From NCBI GenBank assembly GCA_963422205.2, contig CAXMWX010000005.1, positions 576,001 through 640,000 on the forward strand: 64,000 nucleotides of DNA, read 5' to 3'. This DNA comes from Gammaproteobacteria bacterium (lineage in GTDB: Bacteria > Pseudomonadota > Gammaproteobacteria > Eutrophobiales > Eutrophobiaceae). Shown piece by piece: positions 39,375-52,937 of this stretch; within the stretch, counting starts at the first letter, position 1, and each line of letters begins with the position of its first letter. The translations under genes were made by a program, and so were the position numbers. The notes under the pieces are model-generated. The model ran no database searches, was not told the DNA's origin, and saw only the letters and a list, made by a program, of their open reading frames with translations.

Positions 39375-40157
39375 CTAAGCCCGCCCCTGCCAGGCGTTGA
39401 GAAAGGCAGTCAGATGCGGTTTATCCGCCTGTTTGAGCCGCTCTTTCAGGCGCTCACACGCCGCGTGAAATTCATCCTCGTTGAGATGAGCTCGAATAAG
39501 TTCAAAGCGCAGATACACAAGATAGGTATTCAGTACATCTGTCTCGCAATAATGGCGGATGGCGGCGACATCGCCTGCCAGGTAACGCTCCCACACCTGC
39601 CCGCCACTCATGCCCATTTTGCCGGGAAACCCCAGCAGGGTAGCAATCTCGGTCAAGGGGGCATTGGCACGAGGCTCATAACCGGCCAGCACATCCATCA
39701 GATCGGTATGCCTGAGGTGATAGCGGTTAAGGTAATTATTCCAGCGAAAGTCCCGATCCTTATCGCCCAATTCCCAGTAGCGGCTGGCCGGTATGCCATG
39801 CAGCAGGCAGCGATAATGCAATACCGGCAAATCAAAGCCGCCCCCGTTCCAGGAGACCAGCGTTGGCGTATATTTCTTTATGCCATTAAAAAAGCGCTGC
39901 ACGATATCTTTCTCTGGTGCATCAACATCACCAAGCGACCGCATTTCCAGCTTATCCTCGCTCGCCAAGACGATAGAGATCGCCACCACCTTATGCAGAT
40001 GCAAACGCAGAAAATCCGTCCGGTTATCGCTCTCCTGTCGCCGCTTGGTAAACATCACCTCGGCGATCTCTTTATCCGACAAGCCATCTAAGGCAAACAA
40101 CCGGCGCCCGGCATCCGTATCCGGCACGGTCTCAATGTCAAACACCAGGACAGTCAT
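39375..40157 (-). CDS. PolB-related 3'-5' exonuclease
   Basis: FDIET, SWNGGGFDLP, YCETDV Exo I/II/III motifs. Confidence 0.85.
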   Translation of the reverse strand: MTVLVFDIETVPDTDAGRRLFALDGLSDKEIAEVMFTKRRQESDNRTDFLRLHLHKVVAISIVLASEDKLEMRSLGDVDAPEKDIVQRFFNGIKKYTPTLVSWNGGGFDLPVLHYRCLLHGIPASRYWELGDKDRDFRWNNYLNRYHLRHTDLMDVLAGYEPRANAPLTEIATLLGFPGKMGMSGGQVWERYLAGDVAAIRHYCETDVLNTYLVYLRFELIRAHLNEDEFHAACERLKERLKQADKPHLTAFLNAWQGRA

Positions 40158-41065
40158 GCGGGCGCTGCCGCCGGCCAGGCCGGAAACACATCAATGGAGA
40201 GATAACGATCACCACGATCACAGACGATGCAAACGATCGTGGCGTTCTCAACTGTCGCAGAAAGCCTGAGGGCCGCGGATACCGAACCGCCGGATGAGAC
40301 ACCAGCGAATATGCCCTCTTCTGCCGCCAGCCGCCGAGTCATGTCCTCGGCCTCGGCCTGGGTGACATCCATGATGCTGTCGACCCGTTGTCTGTCGTAG
40401 ATGCGTGGCAGGTAGGCCGGCGGCCAGCGCCGGATGCCCGGAATGCTGTCATCGCCAGCCGGCTGCACGCCGATGATCTCTACCGCCGGGCGTTGCTGTT
40501 TCAAATACTTCGACACCCCCATGATGGTGCCAGTGGTGCCCATAGCGCTGACAAAATGGGTGACCCTGCCGTTGGTATCGCGCCAGATCTCCGGGCCGGT
40601 GCCTTCATAATGTGCACGCGGATTATCCGGGTTGGCAAACTGATCCAGCACCTTGCCCTTGCCTTTTGCCTGCATCGCCTCGGCCAGGTCACGTGCGCCC
40701 TCCATGCCTTCCTCCCTGGTCACCAGAATAAGCTCCGCACCGAAGGCCCGCATGACCTGTCGCCTTTCCACACTCAGATTCTCCGGCATGATCAAGACCA
40801 TGCGGTAACCGCCCGTGGCCGCCGCCATGGCGAGCGCAATGCCGGTATTGCCGCTGGTCGCCTCTATCAAGGTATCCCCCGGTGCGATCTCCCCTCGCAT
40901 TGCAGCCTGTTTGATCATGCTCAGAGCCGGCCTGTCCTTGACCGAACCCGCCGGGTTATTGCCTTCCAGTTTTGCCAGAATGGTATTTGTGGTATTGCCG
41001 GGCAGCCGTTGCAAACGCACCAGCGGCGTATTGCCGACAAAGGCTTCGATGGTGGGGAGACGCAT
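40154..41065 (-). CDS. cysM: Cysteine synthase B
   Basis: KLEGNNPAGSVKDR, EATSGNTG, IPGIRRW, CDRGDRYLS. Confidence 0.95.
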   Translation of the reverse strand: MRLPTIEAFVGNTPLVRLQRLPGNTTNTILAKLEGNNPAGSVKDRPALSMIKQAAMRGEIAPGDTLIEATSGNTGIALAMAAATGGYRMVLIMPENLSVERRQVMRAFGAELILVTREEGMEGARDLAEAMQAKGKGKVLDQFANPDNPRAHYEGTGPEIWRDTNGRVTHFVSAMGTTGTIMGVSKYLKQQRPAVEIIGVQPAGDDSIPGIRRWPPAYLPRIYDRQRVDSIMDVTQAEAEDMTRRLAAEEGIFAGVSSGGSVSAALRLSATVENATIVCIVCDRGDRYLSIDVFPAWPAAAPA

Positions 41066-41067
41066 CG

Positions 41068-41535
41068 CTATGCCAGCCCCACGGCCATGATAATGGCATC
41101 CTCACGACCCCTGGCCGCCGGGTAGTAATCACGCCTTGCGCCCACTTCCACAAAGCCATTGTGGCTGTACATTAACCTGGCTTTATTGTTTGATGGCCGG
41201 ACTTCCAAAAGCGCAGTATCGGCATAATACTGGCGAGCCACATCCAGTAAAAAATGTAACAGCGCATGACCATAGCCGGCGCCCTGTAGCTGCGGATCAA
41301 TACATAAATTCAGGATATGCGCCTCGCCGGCGGCCACTGACATCACACCATAACCGGCAATCACGCCATTGCTCTCCATTAACCAGCTACAATAGCCGAC
41401 CTGCAAACAGTCTCTGAAGATAACGGGCGTCCAGGGAAACTCATAGGCAATGTTTTCAATTTCCAATACATGATCCAGATCGTCTGCCTGCATGGGCCGG
41501 AAATACAAGGCGGCCTGTTCAGGCACAGCACTCAT
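41068..41535 (-). CDS. rimI: Ribosomal protein S18 N-acetyltransferase
   Basis: AYEFPWT, EAHILN, LEVRPSN, RRDYYP, REDA. Confidence 0.92.
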   Translation of the reverse strand: MSAVPEQAALYFRPMQADDLDHVLEIENIAYEFPWTPVIFRDCLQVGYCSWLMESNGVIAGYGVMSVAAGEAHILNLCIDPQLQGAGYGHALLHFLLDVARQYYADTALLEVRPSNNKARLMYSHNGFVEVGARRDYYPAARGREDAIIMAVGLA

Positions 41536-42233
41536 GTCATCTCAAGCAGCCGCATGACCAACTGCAAGTCCTGCCAGGATTTGCGTTTCTCGCGCGGCGA
41601 GCGCAGCAGATACGCCGGATGATAGGTGACCACAACGGGTATATTTGTCTCACCATAGCGGTATTGTTGCCCGCGCATCCGGCCTATAGGTGTCTCTGTC
41701 TTCAGCAGGTTTTGCGCGGCGATGCGGCCAAGCGCCACGATCAGCCGGGGCTGAAGCATCGCTATCTGTTGCCTTAGATAAGGCTCACATGAGCGCACTT
41801 CCTGTGGCAGGGGATCGCGGTTACCAGGCGGCCTGCATTTGAGAATATTCGCAATAAACACCTGCTCCCGACGTAACCCGATTGCCAGGAGCATGGCATC
41901 GAGTAATTTACCGGCACGGCCAACGAATGGCTCACCCCGCCGGTCTTCCTCGGCACCGGGGGCCTCGCCGATGAGCAGCAGATCGGCATGTCGATCACCC
42001 ACGCCGAACACAGTCTGGGTACGGCTGGCCGACAAACTGCATTGCTTGCAGATGTGCACCTGCTGTTTGAGTGCCTGCCAGTCAGCGCTGACTGTGGCAG
42101 CAGGCGCCATGTCAGGCGGGATGCGGGGTGAGGCGTCAGCCGCTTGATCTGGCGGGGGCGGTGGGTTGCGCGCCAGCCAGACCGGCACACCCATAGCGTG
42201 CAGATAGCGACAGTGTCTCTCCGATCTTGCCAT
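41532..42233 (-). CDS. Uracil-DNA glycosylase family 4
   Basis: C..C.L...[34 protein letters not shown]. Confidence 0.92.
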   Translation of the reverse strand: MARSERHCRYLHAMGVPVWLARNPPPPPDQAADASPRIPPDMAPAATVSADWQALKQQVHICKQCSLSASRTQTVFGVGDRHADLLLIGEAPGAEEDRRGEPFVGRAGKLLDAMLLAIGLRREQVFIANILKCRPPGNRDPLPQEVRSCEPYLRQQIAMLQPRLIVALGRIAAQNLLKTETPIGRMRGQQYRYGETNIPVVVTYHPAYLLRSPREKRKSWQDLQLVMRLLEMT

Positions 42234-42244
42234 CGGTCAGCGGC

Positions 42245-43777
42245 TCATATCTGCGGGTGTATTTTTTCGCCTAAGTTGTTGGCACGGTTGATGGCGTTAA
42301 TATACGCCTTGGCCGAGGCGGTGACGATATCGGTATCTGCACCACGGCCATTGACTACACGGCCGGCTTTTTTCACCCGCACGGTCACCTCGCCCTGGGA
42401 GTCTATACCCTCGGTAATATTATTGACGGAAAACAACAGCAACTCGCAACCGCTGGCCACGATGTTCTCGATCGCACTGAATGCGGCATCTACCGGGCCA
42501 TCGCCGGTTGACTCACACGACTTCTCGGCCCCGTTCACTGACACACAGACAGCCGCCACAGGAATCTCGCCCGTTGCCGTGCTGATGCGTATGCTGATCA
42601 ACTTGATCGCCTCCAGATCATCCAACAGGCCATCGGTGACAATGGCTTGCAGGTCCTCATCGTAGATTTCATGTTTTTTATCGGCCAATACCTTAAACCG
42701 GGCAAACGCCTCATCCAACTGCGGCTGGCCTTCAAATTCAAAACCAAGTTCAGCCAGGCGCGTCTTGAAGGCATTGCGCCCGGAATGCTTGCCCAACACC
42801 AGGCGATTATGACTCCAGCCCACATCCTCAGCGCGCATGATCTCATAGGTCTGGCGGCTCTTTATCACCCCATCCTGATGAATGCCGGACTCGTGTGCAA
42901 AGGCATTGGCGCCGACTATGGCCTTGTTCGGCTGTACCGGGAAACCGGTGATGTTGGCAATCAGCTTTGAGCAGGCCAAAATCTCCTCTGTCTGCAACTG
43001 CGTATCGCAGTTAAAATAATCCTGGCGGGTGCGTACCGCCATGACGATCTCCTCCAGGGCTGCATTGCCGGCACGCTCGCCAAGGCCATTGATGGTGCAT
43101 TCCACCTGCCGTGCGCCATGGCTCACCGCCGCCAGGGAATTGGACACGGCCAGCCCCAGATCATTGTGGCAATGCACGGAAAACACGGCCTTGTCGGCAT
43201 TGGGCACGCGCTCGATCAGCTGGCGGATGGTCTCGCCAAATTGCTCCGGTATGGCATAGCCGACCGTATCGGGGATATTTACCGTGCTCGCCCCGGCGGC
43301 AATCACGGCCTCAATGATACGGCACAGAAAATCCAGCTCCGAACGCCCGGCATCCTCCGGCGAGAACTCCACATCATCGGTATGGTTACGGGCGCGCCGC
43401 ACCGCCTTCACAGCCGCTGCCAGCACCTCATCCGGTTGCAACCTTAACTTCTCCCGCATGTGGATTGGCGAGGTGGCGATGAAGGTGTGTATGCGCCCGG
43501 CCACCGCTGGCTTCAAAGCATCAGCCGCCGTATCAATGTCTTTATCACCCGTCCTGGCGAGACCACACACCACACTGTCTTTAACCACCTCGGCAACCGA
43601 CTTGACCGCGGCAAAATCGCCCGGGCTGGCAATGGGAAAACCCGCTTCGATGACATCCACCCGCATTTTCTCCAGTGCCCTGGCCACACGGACCTTCTCG
43701 CTCCGGGTCATGGATGCGCCCGGGCTTTGCTCGCCATCGCGCAAAGTGGTATCAAAAATAATTAATTTATCCGGCAT
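42245..43777 (-). CDS. leuA: 2-isopropylmalate synthase
   Basis: [38 protein letters not shown]; GGAG RBS before ATG 43777. Confidence 0.96.
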   Translation of the reverse strand: MPDKLIIFDTTLRDGEQSPGASMTRSEKVRVARALEKMRVDVIEAGFPIASPGDFAAVKSVAEVVKDSVVCGLARTGDKDIDTAADALKPAVAGRIHTFIATSPIHMREKLRLQPDEVLAAAVKAVRRARNHTDDVEFSPEDAGRSELDFLCRIIEAVIAAGASTVNIPDTVGYAIPEQFGETIRQLIERVPNADKAVFSVHCHNDLGLAVSNSLAAVSHGARQVECTINGLGERAGNAALEEIVMAVRTRQDYFNCDTQLQTEEILACSKLIANITGFPVQPNKAIVGANAFAHESGIHQDGVIKSRQTYEIMRAEDVGWSHNRLVLGKHSGRNAFKTRLAELGFEFEGQPQLDEAFARFKVLADKKHEIYDEDLQAIVTDGLLDDLEAIKLISIRISTATGEIPVAAVCVSVNGAEKSCESTGDGPVDAAFSAIENIVASGCELLLFSVNNITEGIDSQGEVTVRVKKAGRVVNGRGADTDIVTASAKAYINAINRANNLGEKIHPQI

Positions 43778-43870
43778 GTCACGGCTCCAGTCAACATAGT
43801 AAATCACATGGGCAACCCTGCCTGGCAGAGTTGAGAGAATAGCAAAAGAATGTGGATGAGAATAATTGCC

Positions 43871-43960
43871 CTAGCAGGGCAGCAGCAAAGACAGACGTGC
43901 AACACCGAACAAGACTGGCTGAACACGCTGGGGGGGATAGTGTCTTGTGCTTTTGTGCAT
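43871..43960 (-). promoter_or_regulatory. Putative leucine-responsive leader peptide upstream of leuA
   Basis: 29-aa ORF MHKSTRHYPPQRVQPVLFGVARLSLLLPC with a Leu codon cluster near its 3' end, 93 nt upstream of leuA. Confidence 0.4.
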
Positions 43961-43969
43961 ACCTTAAAA

Positions 43970-44266
43970 CTATAGCGACAAAATCCGAAAATGCAAGCCC
44001 TCCCCGCCTGCGATAAACTCTGGTGATGTCTTTACGTTAAACCGAATCTGCCGCTGCCGGTTTGTCAGGCAGCAGAATTTCAAGCCAAAAAATACCCGGA
44101 TCATCGGCTGATATGCCTGCGATTTTTCATATAAATCCACCAGCACCTTGCCCTGCAACCTGAATTTTGTCCCGTGGTTATGGCCGCTTCTTGCATTAAA
44201 ATCGATATAAATATCGCCCCTTTCAATGGCATCAATGAATTTATCTTTCGTCAGTGTTTCGAGCAA
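43970..44266 (-). pseudogene. C-terminal remnant of an MvaI/BcnI-family restriction endonuclease
   Basis: FIDAIERGDIYIDFNARSGHNHGTKFRL resembles the family C-terminal motif as recalled; no room for the N-terminus (pssA stop is 14 nt away). Confidence 0.6.
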
Positions 44267-44279
44267 CGTATTACAGTGG

Positions 44280-45023
44280 CTAGTGGGTCTCCTCTGTGCT
44301 TACCCGATTGGCGCGATGGCGCCTGAGCAATACCAGGGTCATGATCGGGCCGGAGGCGGCATAGCCCGATGCGAGCAAAAACAAGGTTAATGAGGGCTTG
44401 CTGGCAATGAACACAAAGATCAGCACGATAAGCAAAATCGTCACAAACGGCACCTTGCCGTGCAGGTTGATCTGCTTGAAACTGTGATAACGGATATTAC
44501 TCACCATCAACAGGCCAGCGAGCACAGTCACCGGGAAGGTGATGAACAGCCTGGTCGTGCCATCATGCAATCCATTCGCATCACCTAACCAGATCAAGCC
44601 GGCAATCACGGCGGCGGCGGCTGGGCTGGGCAGACCCTGAAAATACCGCTTGTCGGCACTGCCCGCCTGGGTGTTGAAACGCGCCAGACGCAAGGCAGCC
44701 GCCACCGCATAAATAAATGCCGCCAGCCAGCCCAGCTTGCCAAAGCCAAACAAGGACCACTGGTGCATCACCAGCGCCGGCGCCAGGCCGAATGAAACCA
44801 TGTCCGACAAGCTGTCATACTGCACACCAAAATCACTTTCGGTATGTGTCAGCCTGGCGATGCGGCCATCCATGCCATCCAGAATCATCGCCACAAAAAT
44901 TGCCATGGCAGCCGCTTCAAACTTGCCATCAATGGCCGCGATGATGGCATAAAAGCCAGCAAATAACGCCGCGGTGGTCAATAAATTAGGCAGTAAATAA
45001 ATACCCCGGCGGCGTGTCAGCAT
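44280..45023 (-). CDS. pssA: CDP-diacylglycerol--serine O-phosphatidyltransferase
   Basis: PNLLT, DGMDGRIAR..G..YDSLSD, RLARFN, FQGLPSP. Confidence 0.95.
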   Translation of the reverse strand: MLTRRRGIYLLPNLLTTAALFAGFYAIIAAIDGKFEAAAMAIFVAMILDGMDGRIARLTHTESDFGVQYDSLSDMVSFGLAPALVMHQWSLFGFGKLGWLAAFIYAVAAALRLARFNTQAGSADKRYFQGLPSPAAAAVIAGLIWLGDANGLHDGTTRLFITFPVTVLAGLLMVSNIRYHSFKQINLHGKVPFVTILLIVLIFVFIASKPSLTLFLLASGYAASGPIMTLVLLRRHRANRVSTEETH

Positions 45024-45107
45024 AGCGGCTTTTCAATCGTACAGGTCATCGCACAACTATAGGGGCTGGATGGCTGTAAAATCAATCCGTAAACAGGCAG
45101 CCCGGGT

Positions 45108-45731
45108 TTAATCATGCACAAACCGGCCGAGTATATCACGCCCGGCCCGCAGTCTGTGCCCGGGCGCCAGATCATGACAGGTATTGGCCGGCAGATACAG
45201 ATCAACCCGGCCACTGAAATAGAGAAATCCCACCACATTCCCCTGCCCTACCCGCTGGCCCGTGATGAATTGCATCTTCACCAGGGGGGCGGCCATGCCC
45301 AGTGCAAAACTCACCACCACATCATCCTGCTCATCGGTCTGAATCCAGCAGGTGTAGCGCCTGCCAGAGAATGTATCGGGACGCCGACTACGCCAAAGCT
45401 GCATCACCTTGCCCTCTATCGGGCTGCGTAAGGTGGGCGCATCCAGCCAGCCCAGGTGAAGGCTGAGCTTGAGTGCATCACGTTTTAACCAGGGATCGCC
45501 GGCGTCCTCCCTACCCACGATCAGCCCGTCAACCGGACTGACAATGGCCAGTGGCACAGCGGGCACAGAGACGGGCGGACGGCGAGACAGAGCGGCCAAC
45601 AGCAAGGCCAGGAGCAGTATCGCTGAGGCGGATAACCCGCCCGCCTGATGCCAGCACAGCACCGCCACCAGCACCAACAGCAGGAGGATGGGCCTGCTCG
45701 CTGGCAAGCGCGGAAAGTTGCTGGCGGGCAT
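45108..45731 (-). CDS. Phosphatidylserine decarboxylase-like protein with degenerate catalytic motifs
   Basis: SPVDG, RSPIEG, GFLYFSGRVDLYLP (canonical form is FGSRVD); lies between ilvC and pssA. Confidence 0.7.
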   Translation of the reverse strand: MPASNFPRLPASRPILLLLVLVAVLCWHQAGGLSASAILLLALLLAALSRRPPVSVPAVPLAIVSPVDGLIVGREDAGDPWLKRDALKLSLHLGWLDAPTLRSPIEGKVMQLWRSRRPDTFSGRRYTCWIQTDEQDDVVVSFALGMAAPLVKMQFITGQRVGQGNVVGFLYFSGRVDLYLPANTCHDLAPGHRLRAGRDILGRFVHD

Positions 45732-45807
45732 TATGCCTCTTGCATCAGCCCGGCTGTGCCGACACTCAGGGTAAAGCTCAACCCGGAACCCTCAACCCGG
45801 AACCGGC

Positions 45808-47341
<1,534 letters not shown>

Positions 47342-47342
<1 letters not shown>

Positions 47343-49084
47343 CAGGCCAGCTCCCGGACAGCGGCAGATGGTGCCAGGTGCATCTCATGCTGCCCTTTAC
47401 CAGCCGCTATCATGGGATAGACATTCTCATGACGATCGGTAATCACATCCATCAACACTACCCTGTCCTTAATCGCCAGCGCCGCTTTAAGGGCCGCTTT
47501 AACATCAGCCGTCTTGTCGATACGCATACCGACATGACCGAAGCTCTCGGCCAGCCTGGTGAAATCCGGCAAGGCATCCATGTAGGAATGCGAGTAACGC
47601 TTATCGTAGAAGAACTCCTGCCATTGCCTGACCATGCCCATATAGCGATTATTCAAACTGACGATCAGCACGGGTGTGTTGTATTGCAGGCAGGTGGAAA
47701 GCTCCTGAATACACATCACCAGGCTGGCCTCGCCGCTGATGCAAACCACTGTCTCATCAGGAAACGCCATCTTCACGCCCATGGCGGCGGGCAGGCCAAA
47801 CCCCATCGTGCCAAGACCGCCCGAATTGATCCAGCGCCTCGGCTTGTCAAACTTGTAATACTGTGCCGCCCACATCTGATGCTGCCCCACATCAGAAGTC
47901 ACATAGGCATCGCCCCCGGTCAGCTCATAGAGCGTCTCAATGACGTACTGCGGCTTGATCACCTCGGTGTTCCGATCATAGTGCAGGCAGTTAATCGAGC
48001 GCCATTGATTGATCTGCTGCCACCAGCCGGCCAGGGCCTTGCTATCAGGCGAGCGTTTATTTTTATCCAGTAACCTCAGCATGTCCTGCAAGACATGTTT
48101 GACATCGCCGACGATCGGGATATCCACCGGCACATTTTTCGATATGGAAGCCGGATCGACATCGATATGAATGATCCTGGCGTGCGGGCAGAATTTCCCC
48201 AGATCCCCGGTCACCCGATCATCAAAACGCGCACCGATCGCAATCAGCACATCACAATGGTGCATGGCCATATTGGCCTCATAGGTACCGTGCATACCCA
48301 ACATGCCGATGAACTGCCGATCTGATCCGGGATAAGCGCCCAGCCCCATCAGCGTGTTGGTAATCGGGTAGTCCAGCTGACGGGTAAACCTGACAAGCTC
48401 CTCGCTCGCCTCAGCCAGGATAACCCCGCCGCCACTGTAGATCATCGGCTGGCGGGCGGACAGTATCAGTTTTACCGCACGCTTGATCTGCCCCGGATGG
48501 CCTTTGACGGTCGGGCGATAGGAGCGCATATCCACCGTCCTGGGATAGACATACTCGCAGGAGTCCGCGGTCACGTCTTTGGGAATGTCCACCAGCACCG
48601 GCCCGGGACGACCACTCAAGGCCACATAAAACGCTTTTTTGATCGTACTGGCCAGCTCGCTGACCTGCTTGATCAGAAAATTATGCTTCACGCAGGGGCG
48701 ACTGATGCCAATCGCATCGACTTCCTGAAAGGCATCATTGCCGATCAGCGGTGTCGGCACCTGGCCGCTGAACACAACCAGGGGAATGGAATCCAGATAA
48801 GCGGTGGCAATACCGGTAACCGCATTGGTCATGCCCGGGCCGGAGGTCACAAGCACCACGCCGGGCCGGCCGGTGGCACGGGCATACCCATCGGCGGCAT
48901 GGGTAGCACCCTGCTCATGACGCACCAGGATATGCTCGACCGCCGTCTGCTGATATAACTCATCGTAGATATGCAGCACCGCCCCGCCCGGGTAGCCGAA
49001 CACATGCTTAACCCCCTCATCCTGCAACGCCCTGACAAAGATCTCGGCGCCGCGCAAAATCTCGCCCGCTTTACTCACGATCAT
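47342..49084 (-). CDS. ilvI: Acetolactate synthase large subunit
   Basis: [46 protein letters not shown]. Confidence 0.96.
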
Positions 49085-49276
49085 TGACCACAGTATCTAC
49101 CCACCGATCCCTTGCATTTATTCATGCGAAACCCACAGAAGCTACTGATAACCCAGAAAAAAGTCAAGTTGTGCTTTGCACCAACCGCTATCTTGCGCCC
49201 GCCTGGCTGAAGCGATTTTCAGCATTTCATCGACAATCAGGTTAAGATGCCCAGCTTTGCCGGATTGACGATACCC

Positions 49277-50986
49277 ATGCGTAGTTCACACCTGTTACTT
49301 GCCACCTTACGCGAAGCACCGGCCGATGCCGAGCTTATCAGTCATCGGCTGATGCTGCGTGGTGGCATGATACGGCAACTGGCGGCTGGCATTTACACCT
49401 GGCTGCCGCTGGGGCTGAAGGTGTTGCGTAAGGTGGAAGCCATCGTGCGCGAGGAGATGGATAACATCGGCGCACAGGAAGTGCTGCTGCCGGGCGTACT
49501 GTCTGCTGAACTCTGGCGCGAATCCGGGCGCTGGGATGAGTACGGGCCGGAGTTGTTACGTTTTTGCGACCGACATGAACGTGATTTTTGTCTCGGCCCG
49601 ACCCATGAAGAGGCCATCACCGATCTGGTGCGCCGGGAGATTCGCAGCTACAAGCAGCTGCCCGCCAACTTCTACCAGATTCAAACCAAGTTCCGGGATG
49701 AGATCCGGCCGCGGTTCGGCATCATGCGGGCGCGCGAATTTCTGATGAAGGATGCGTACTCCTTTCATCTGCATCAGGATTGCCTGCAACAGACCTATGA
49801 GCAGATGCACCAGGGCTACTGCCGCATATTCGATCGCCTTGGCCTGAAGTACCGGGCGGTGCTGGCAGACTCCGGCAACATCGGCGGCAACCTGTCGCAT
49901 GAGTTCCACGTGCTGGCCGACTCCGGTGAGGATAAAATTGCCTTCAGCGAGGAGGGGGATTTTGCGGCCAATGTTGAGTTGGTGCCGGTGGTGATGGAGG
50001 CCGACCGACCGCCGGTGCCGGGCAAGCCGATGAGTAAAGTGGCCACGCCTGACCAGCACAGCATCGATGAGGTCAGCCAGTATTTATCCAGCCGCCCGAT
50101 GCACTGCATCAAGACGCTGATCGTCAATGGCAGGGAGGATACGCTGGTGGCCTTGTTGTTGCGTGGCGATCATGAACTCAATCGCATCAAGGCCGAAGCA
50201 CTGTCCCAAGTCGCAAGCCCCTTGACCATGGCCGATGCCAGCGAGATTAAAAAACGCACCGGCAGCGATATCGGCTCCCTCGGCCCGGTCGGGCTGGATA
50301 TCCCCATCATCGCCGATCATGCCGTCCTACACATGGCGGATTTTATCTGTGGTGCCAATGAGGCCGGCTTTCACTTGACCGGGGTCAACTGGCAACGTGA
50401 TCTGGACACGCCCGAAGCGGCTGATTTGCGCCAGGCAGTCGATGGCGATGCCGCACCCGATGGCAGCGGCAAACTCCGCATTCGTTGTGGCATTGAAGTC
50501 GGCCATATCTTTCAGCTGGGCAGAAAATACAGCCGGGCCATGAAGGCGACTTGCCTGGATGAGCAGGGCCAGGCGGTCGTCCTGCTCATGGGGTGTTACG
50601 GCATCGGGGTGTCCCGAATCGTTGCCGCCGCTATTGAGCAGAATCATGATGCACACGGCATCATCTGGCCGGACAGCCTCGCCCCGTATCAACTCAGCCT
50701 GATCCCGATACATGCCCATAAATCACAGCGGCTTAGGGCGGCGGTGGAGAGGCTCTACCATGAACTGCTGGAGGCGGGCGTGGCGGTGTTGCTCGATGAC
50801 AGAAAAGAACGCCCGGGGGTGATGTTTGCTGATCAGGAATTGATCGGTATTCCGCATCGGCTTGTTTTCAGCGAGCAGGGACTGGATGAAGGCCGGCTGG
50901 AATACAAACGACGAAGAGATAAACACAGCATGGCTGTCAAGCTGAATGAGGCCGTCAACTTTTGCAGACAGGGGTTTGGGGCGTAA
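49277..50986 (+). CDS. proS: Prolyl-tRNA synthetase
   Basis: [50 protein letters not shown]. Confidence 0.97.
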   Translation: MRSSHLLLATLREAPADAELISHRLMLRGGMIRQLAAGIYTWLPLGLKVLRKVEAIVREEMDNIGAQEVLLPGVLSAELWRESGRWDEYGPELLRFCDRHERDFCLGPTHEEAITDLVRREIRSYKQLPANFYQIQTKFRDEIRPRFGIMRAREFLMKDAYSFHLHQDCLQQTYEQMHQGYCRIFDRLGLKYRAVLADSGNIGGNLSHEFHVLADSGEDKIAFSEEGDFAANVELVPVVMEADRPPVPGKPMSKVATPDQHSIDEVSQYLSSRPMHCIKTLIVNGREDTLVALLLRGDHELNRIKAEALSQVASPLTMADASEIKKRTGSDIGSLGPVGLDIPIIADHAVLHMADFICGANEAGFHLTGVNWQRDLDTPEAADLRQAVDGDAAPDGSGKLRIRCGIEVGHIFQLGRKYSRAMKATCLDEQGQAVVLLMGCYGIGVSRIVAAAIEQNHDAHGIIWPDSLAPYQLSLIPIHAHKSQRLRAAVERLYHELLEAGVAVLLDDRKERPGVMFADQELIGIPHRLVFSEQGLDEGRLEYKRRRDKHSMAVKLNEAVNFCRQGFGA

Positions 50987-51014
50987 CCCCTGTCACACCG
51001 TGGTTGACTGACAT

Positions 51015-51290
51015 TCATTGCCTGATCTCAAATTCAGAAAACTCACCATCGGCAATCTGCTGCCAGTTAAGCCGGGTGATTTGTGCCTGTGGCGGCCCGA
51101 CTCTCAGCCACGCCTGAAATAGCGCAAGGGCGGCCTCATCACCTGTGACCACGCCCGTTACCGTACCAGCCTGGGTATTTCTCACCCAGCCATGCAGCCC
51201 AAGCTGCCCGGCCTGCTGTTTGCTTGACTGGCGAAACCAGACGCCCTGCACTCGCCCGTACACCTGAAATTCATACGTCTTGATCTTCAT
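51015..51290 (-). CDS. acyP: Acylphosphatase
   Basis: VYGRVQGVWFR, GWVRN, GPP. Confidence 0.9.
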   Translation of the reverse strand: MKIKTYEFQVYGRVQGVWFRQSSKQQAGQLGLHGWVRNTQAGTVTGVVTGDEAALALFQAWLRVGPPQAQITRLNWQQIADGEFSEFEIRQ

Positions 51291-51519
51291 GTCGGTCTGA
51301 AAGATTATCCTGAAAGTGATGTAAAGAGAAACGACAATGCAGCACTTCATCATGCTTCAAACACGGCGATGATTTTTATATCCTATCGCCAATGAATATC
51401 ACAATGCACCCTAAGCCTCGCTGTTCCAACTCAAGACAGGCACTGGCCTTGTTACCGCCCAGGGTATCACGCCGGACAGTGAACGCCCGATTGCCATCGT
51501 TGATGATAAGGCCGCCTGA

Positions 51520-52140
<621 letters not shown>

Positions 52141-52205
52141 ATTGAAACCGTGCTATTGAAGCCGTGCTGACGAAGGCACAGCGCAATCAGCAATCGTTCG
52201 GAGAA

Positions 52206-52937
52206 TCACCCGGCGCCCCCGCCCTGGCCTGTGTGTAATAATTCCCGCACAAAGGGCACGGTCAGTTTTTTTTGTGCGATTAGCGTGCTGTCATCCAGCC
52301 TGTCCAGCCAGCTTAAGATCCCGGGCACATCACGGGGGATATGCGATAATAAATAATCTGCCACCTCATCGGGAATTTCAAAGCCCCGATAATCTGCCCT
52401 GAGTTGCAATGCCTGTTTTTTACCCCCATCGTCCAGCGACTGAAGATGATAAACATGATCACCCACAAAGCGGGAGCGTAAATCTTCCAGCATAATCGCA
52501 CTGACAACCGGGTTGGTGCGGGCGCTCATCAATAACGGGGTGGCCGCTGCTTTCAGCTGATTGAACAAATTAAACACGGCGTGTTCCCATGCGGCCTGTC
52601 CGGCGATGGCATCCACATCGTCAATGCTGACCAAATCCAGCACATCAAGATTATCCAGCATATCCGGGACGAACTCATCCGCCCGGCCAAACGGGATATA
52701 CACACTGGTCAGTTTGTGTTGACCGGCCAAGTGGCAGGCAGCCTGAAGTAAATGGCTTTTCCCCACACCACTTGCCCCCCACAGAAAAATATTGTTGCTC
52801 TCCCTGCCGCTGGCCTGGCGGATAATATGCTCAACGGCCAGGTGATTGCGGCCAGGCAGATAGGAATCAAATTCCAGCGGGTCGAATCTGGCAAAGGGTA
52901 ACAGCAGTTGTTCCTGCCGGTGGCTTAACCCGGTCAC
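52206..52937 (-). CDS. hda: DnaA regulatory inactivator Hda
   Basis: QLLLPF clamp-binding motif, GASGVGKSHLL, DLRSR, LTVPFV. Confidence 0.92.
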   Translation of the reverse strand: MTGLSHRQEQLLLPFARFDPLEFDSYLPGRNHLAVEHIIRQASGRESNNIFLWGASGVGKSHLLQAACHLAGQHKLTSVYIPFGRADEFVPDMLDNLDVLDLVSIDDVDAIAGQAAWEHAVFNLFNQLKAAATPLLMSARTNPVVSAIMLEDLRSRFVGDHVYHLQSLDDGGKKQALQLRADYRGFEIPDEVADYLLSHIPRDVPGILSWLDRLDDSTLIAQKKLTVPFVRELLHTGQGGGAG

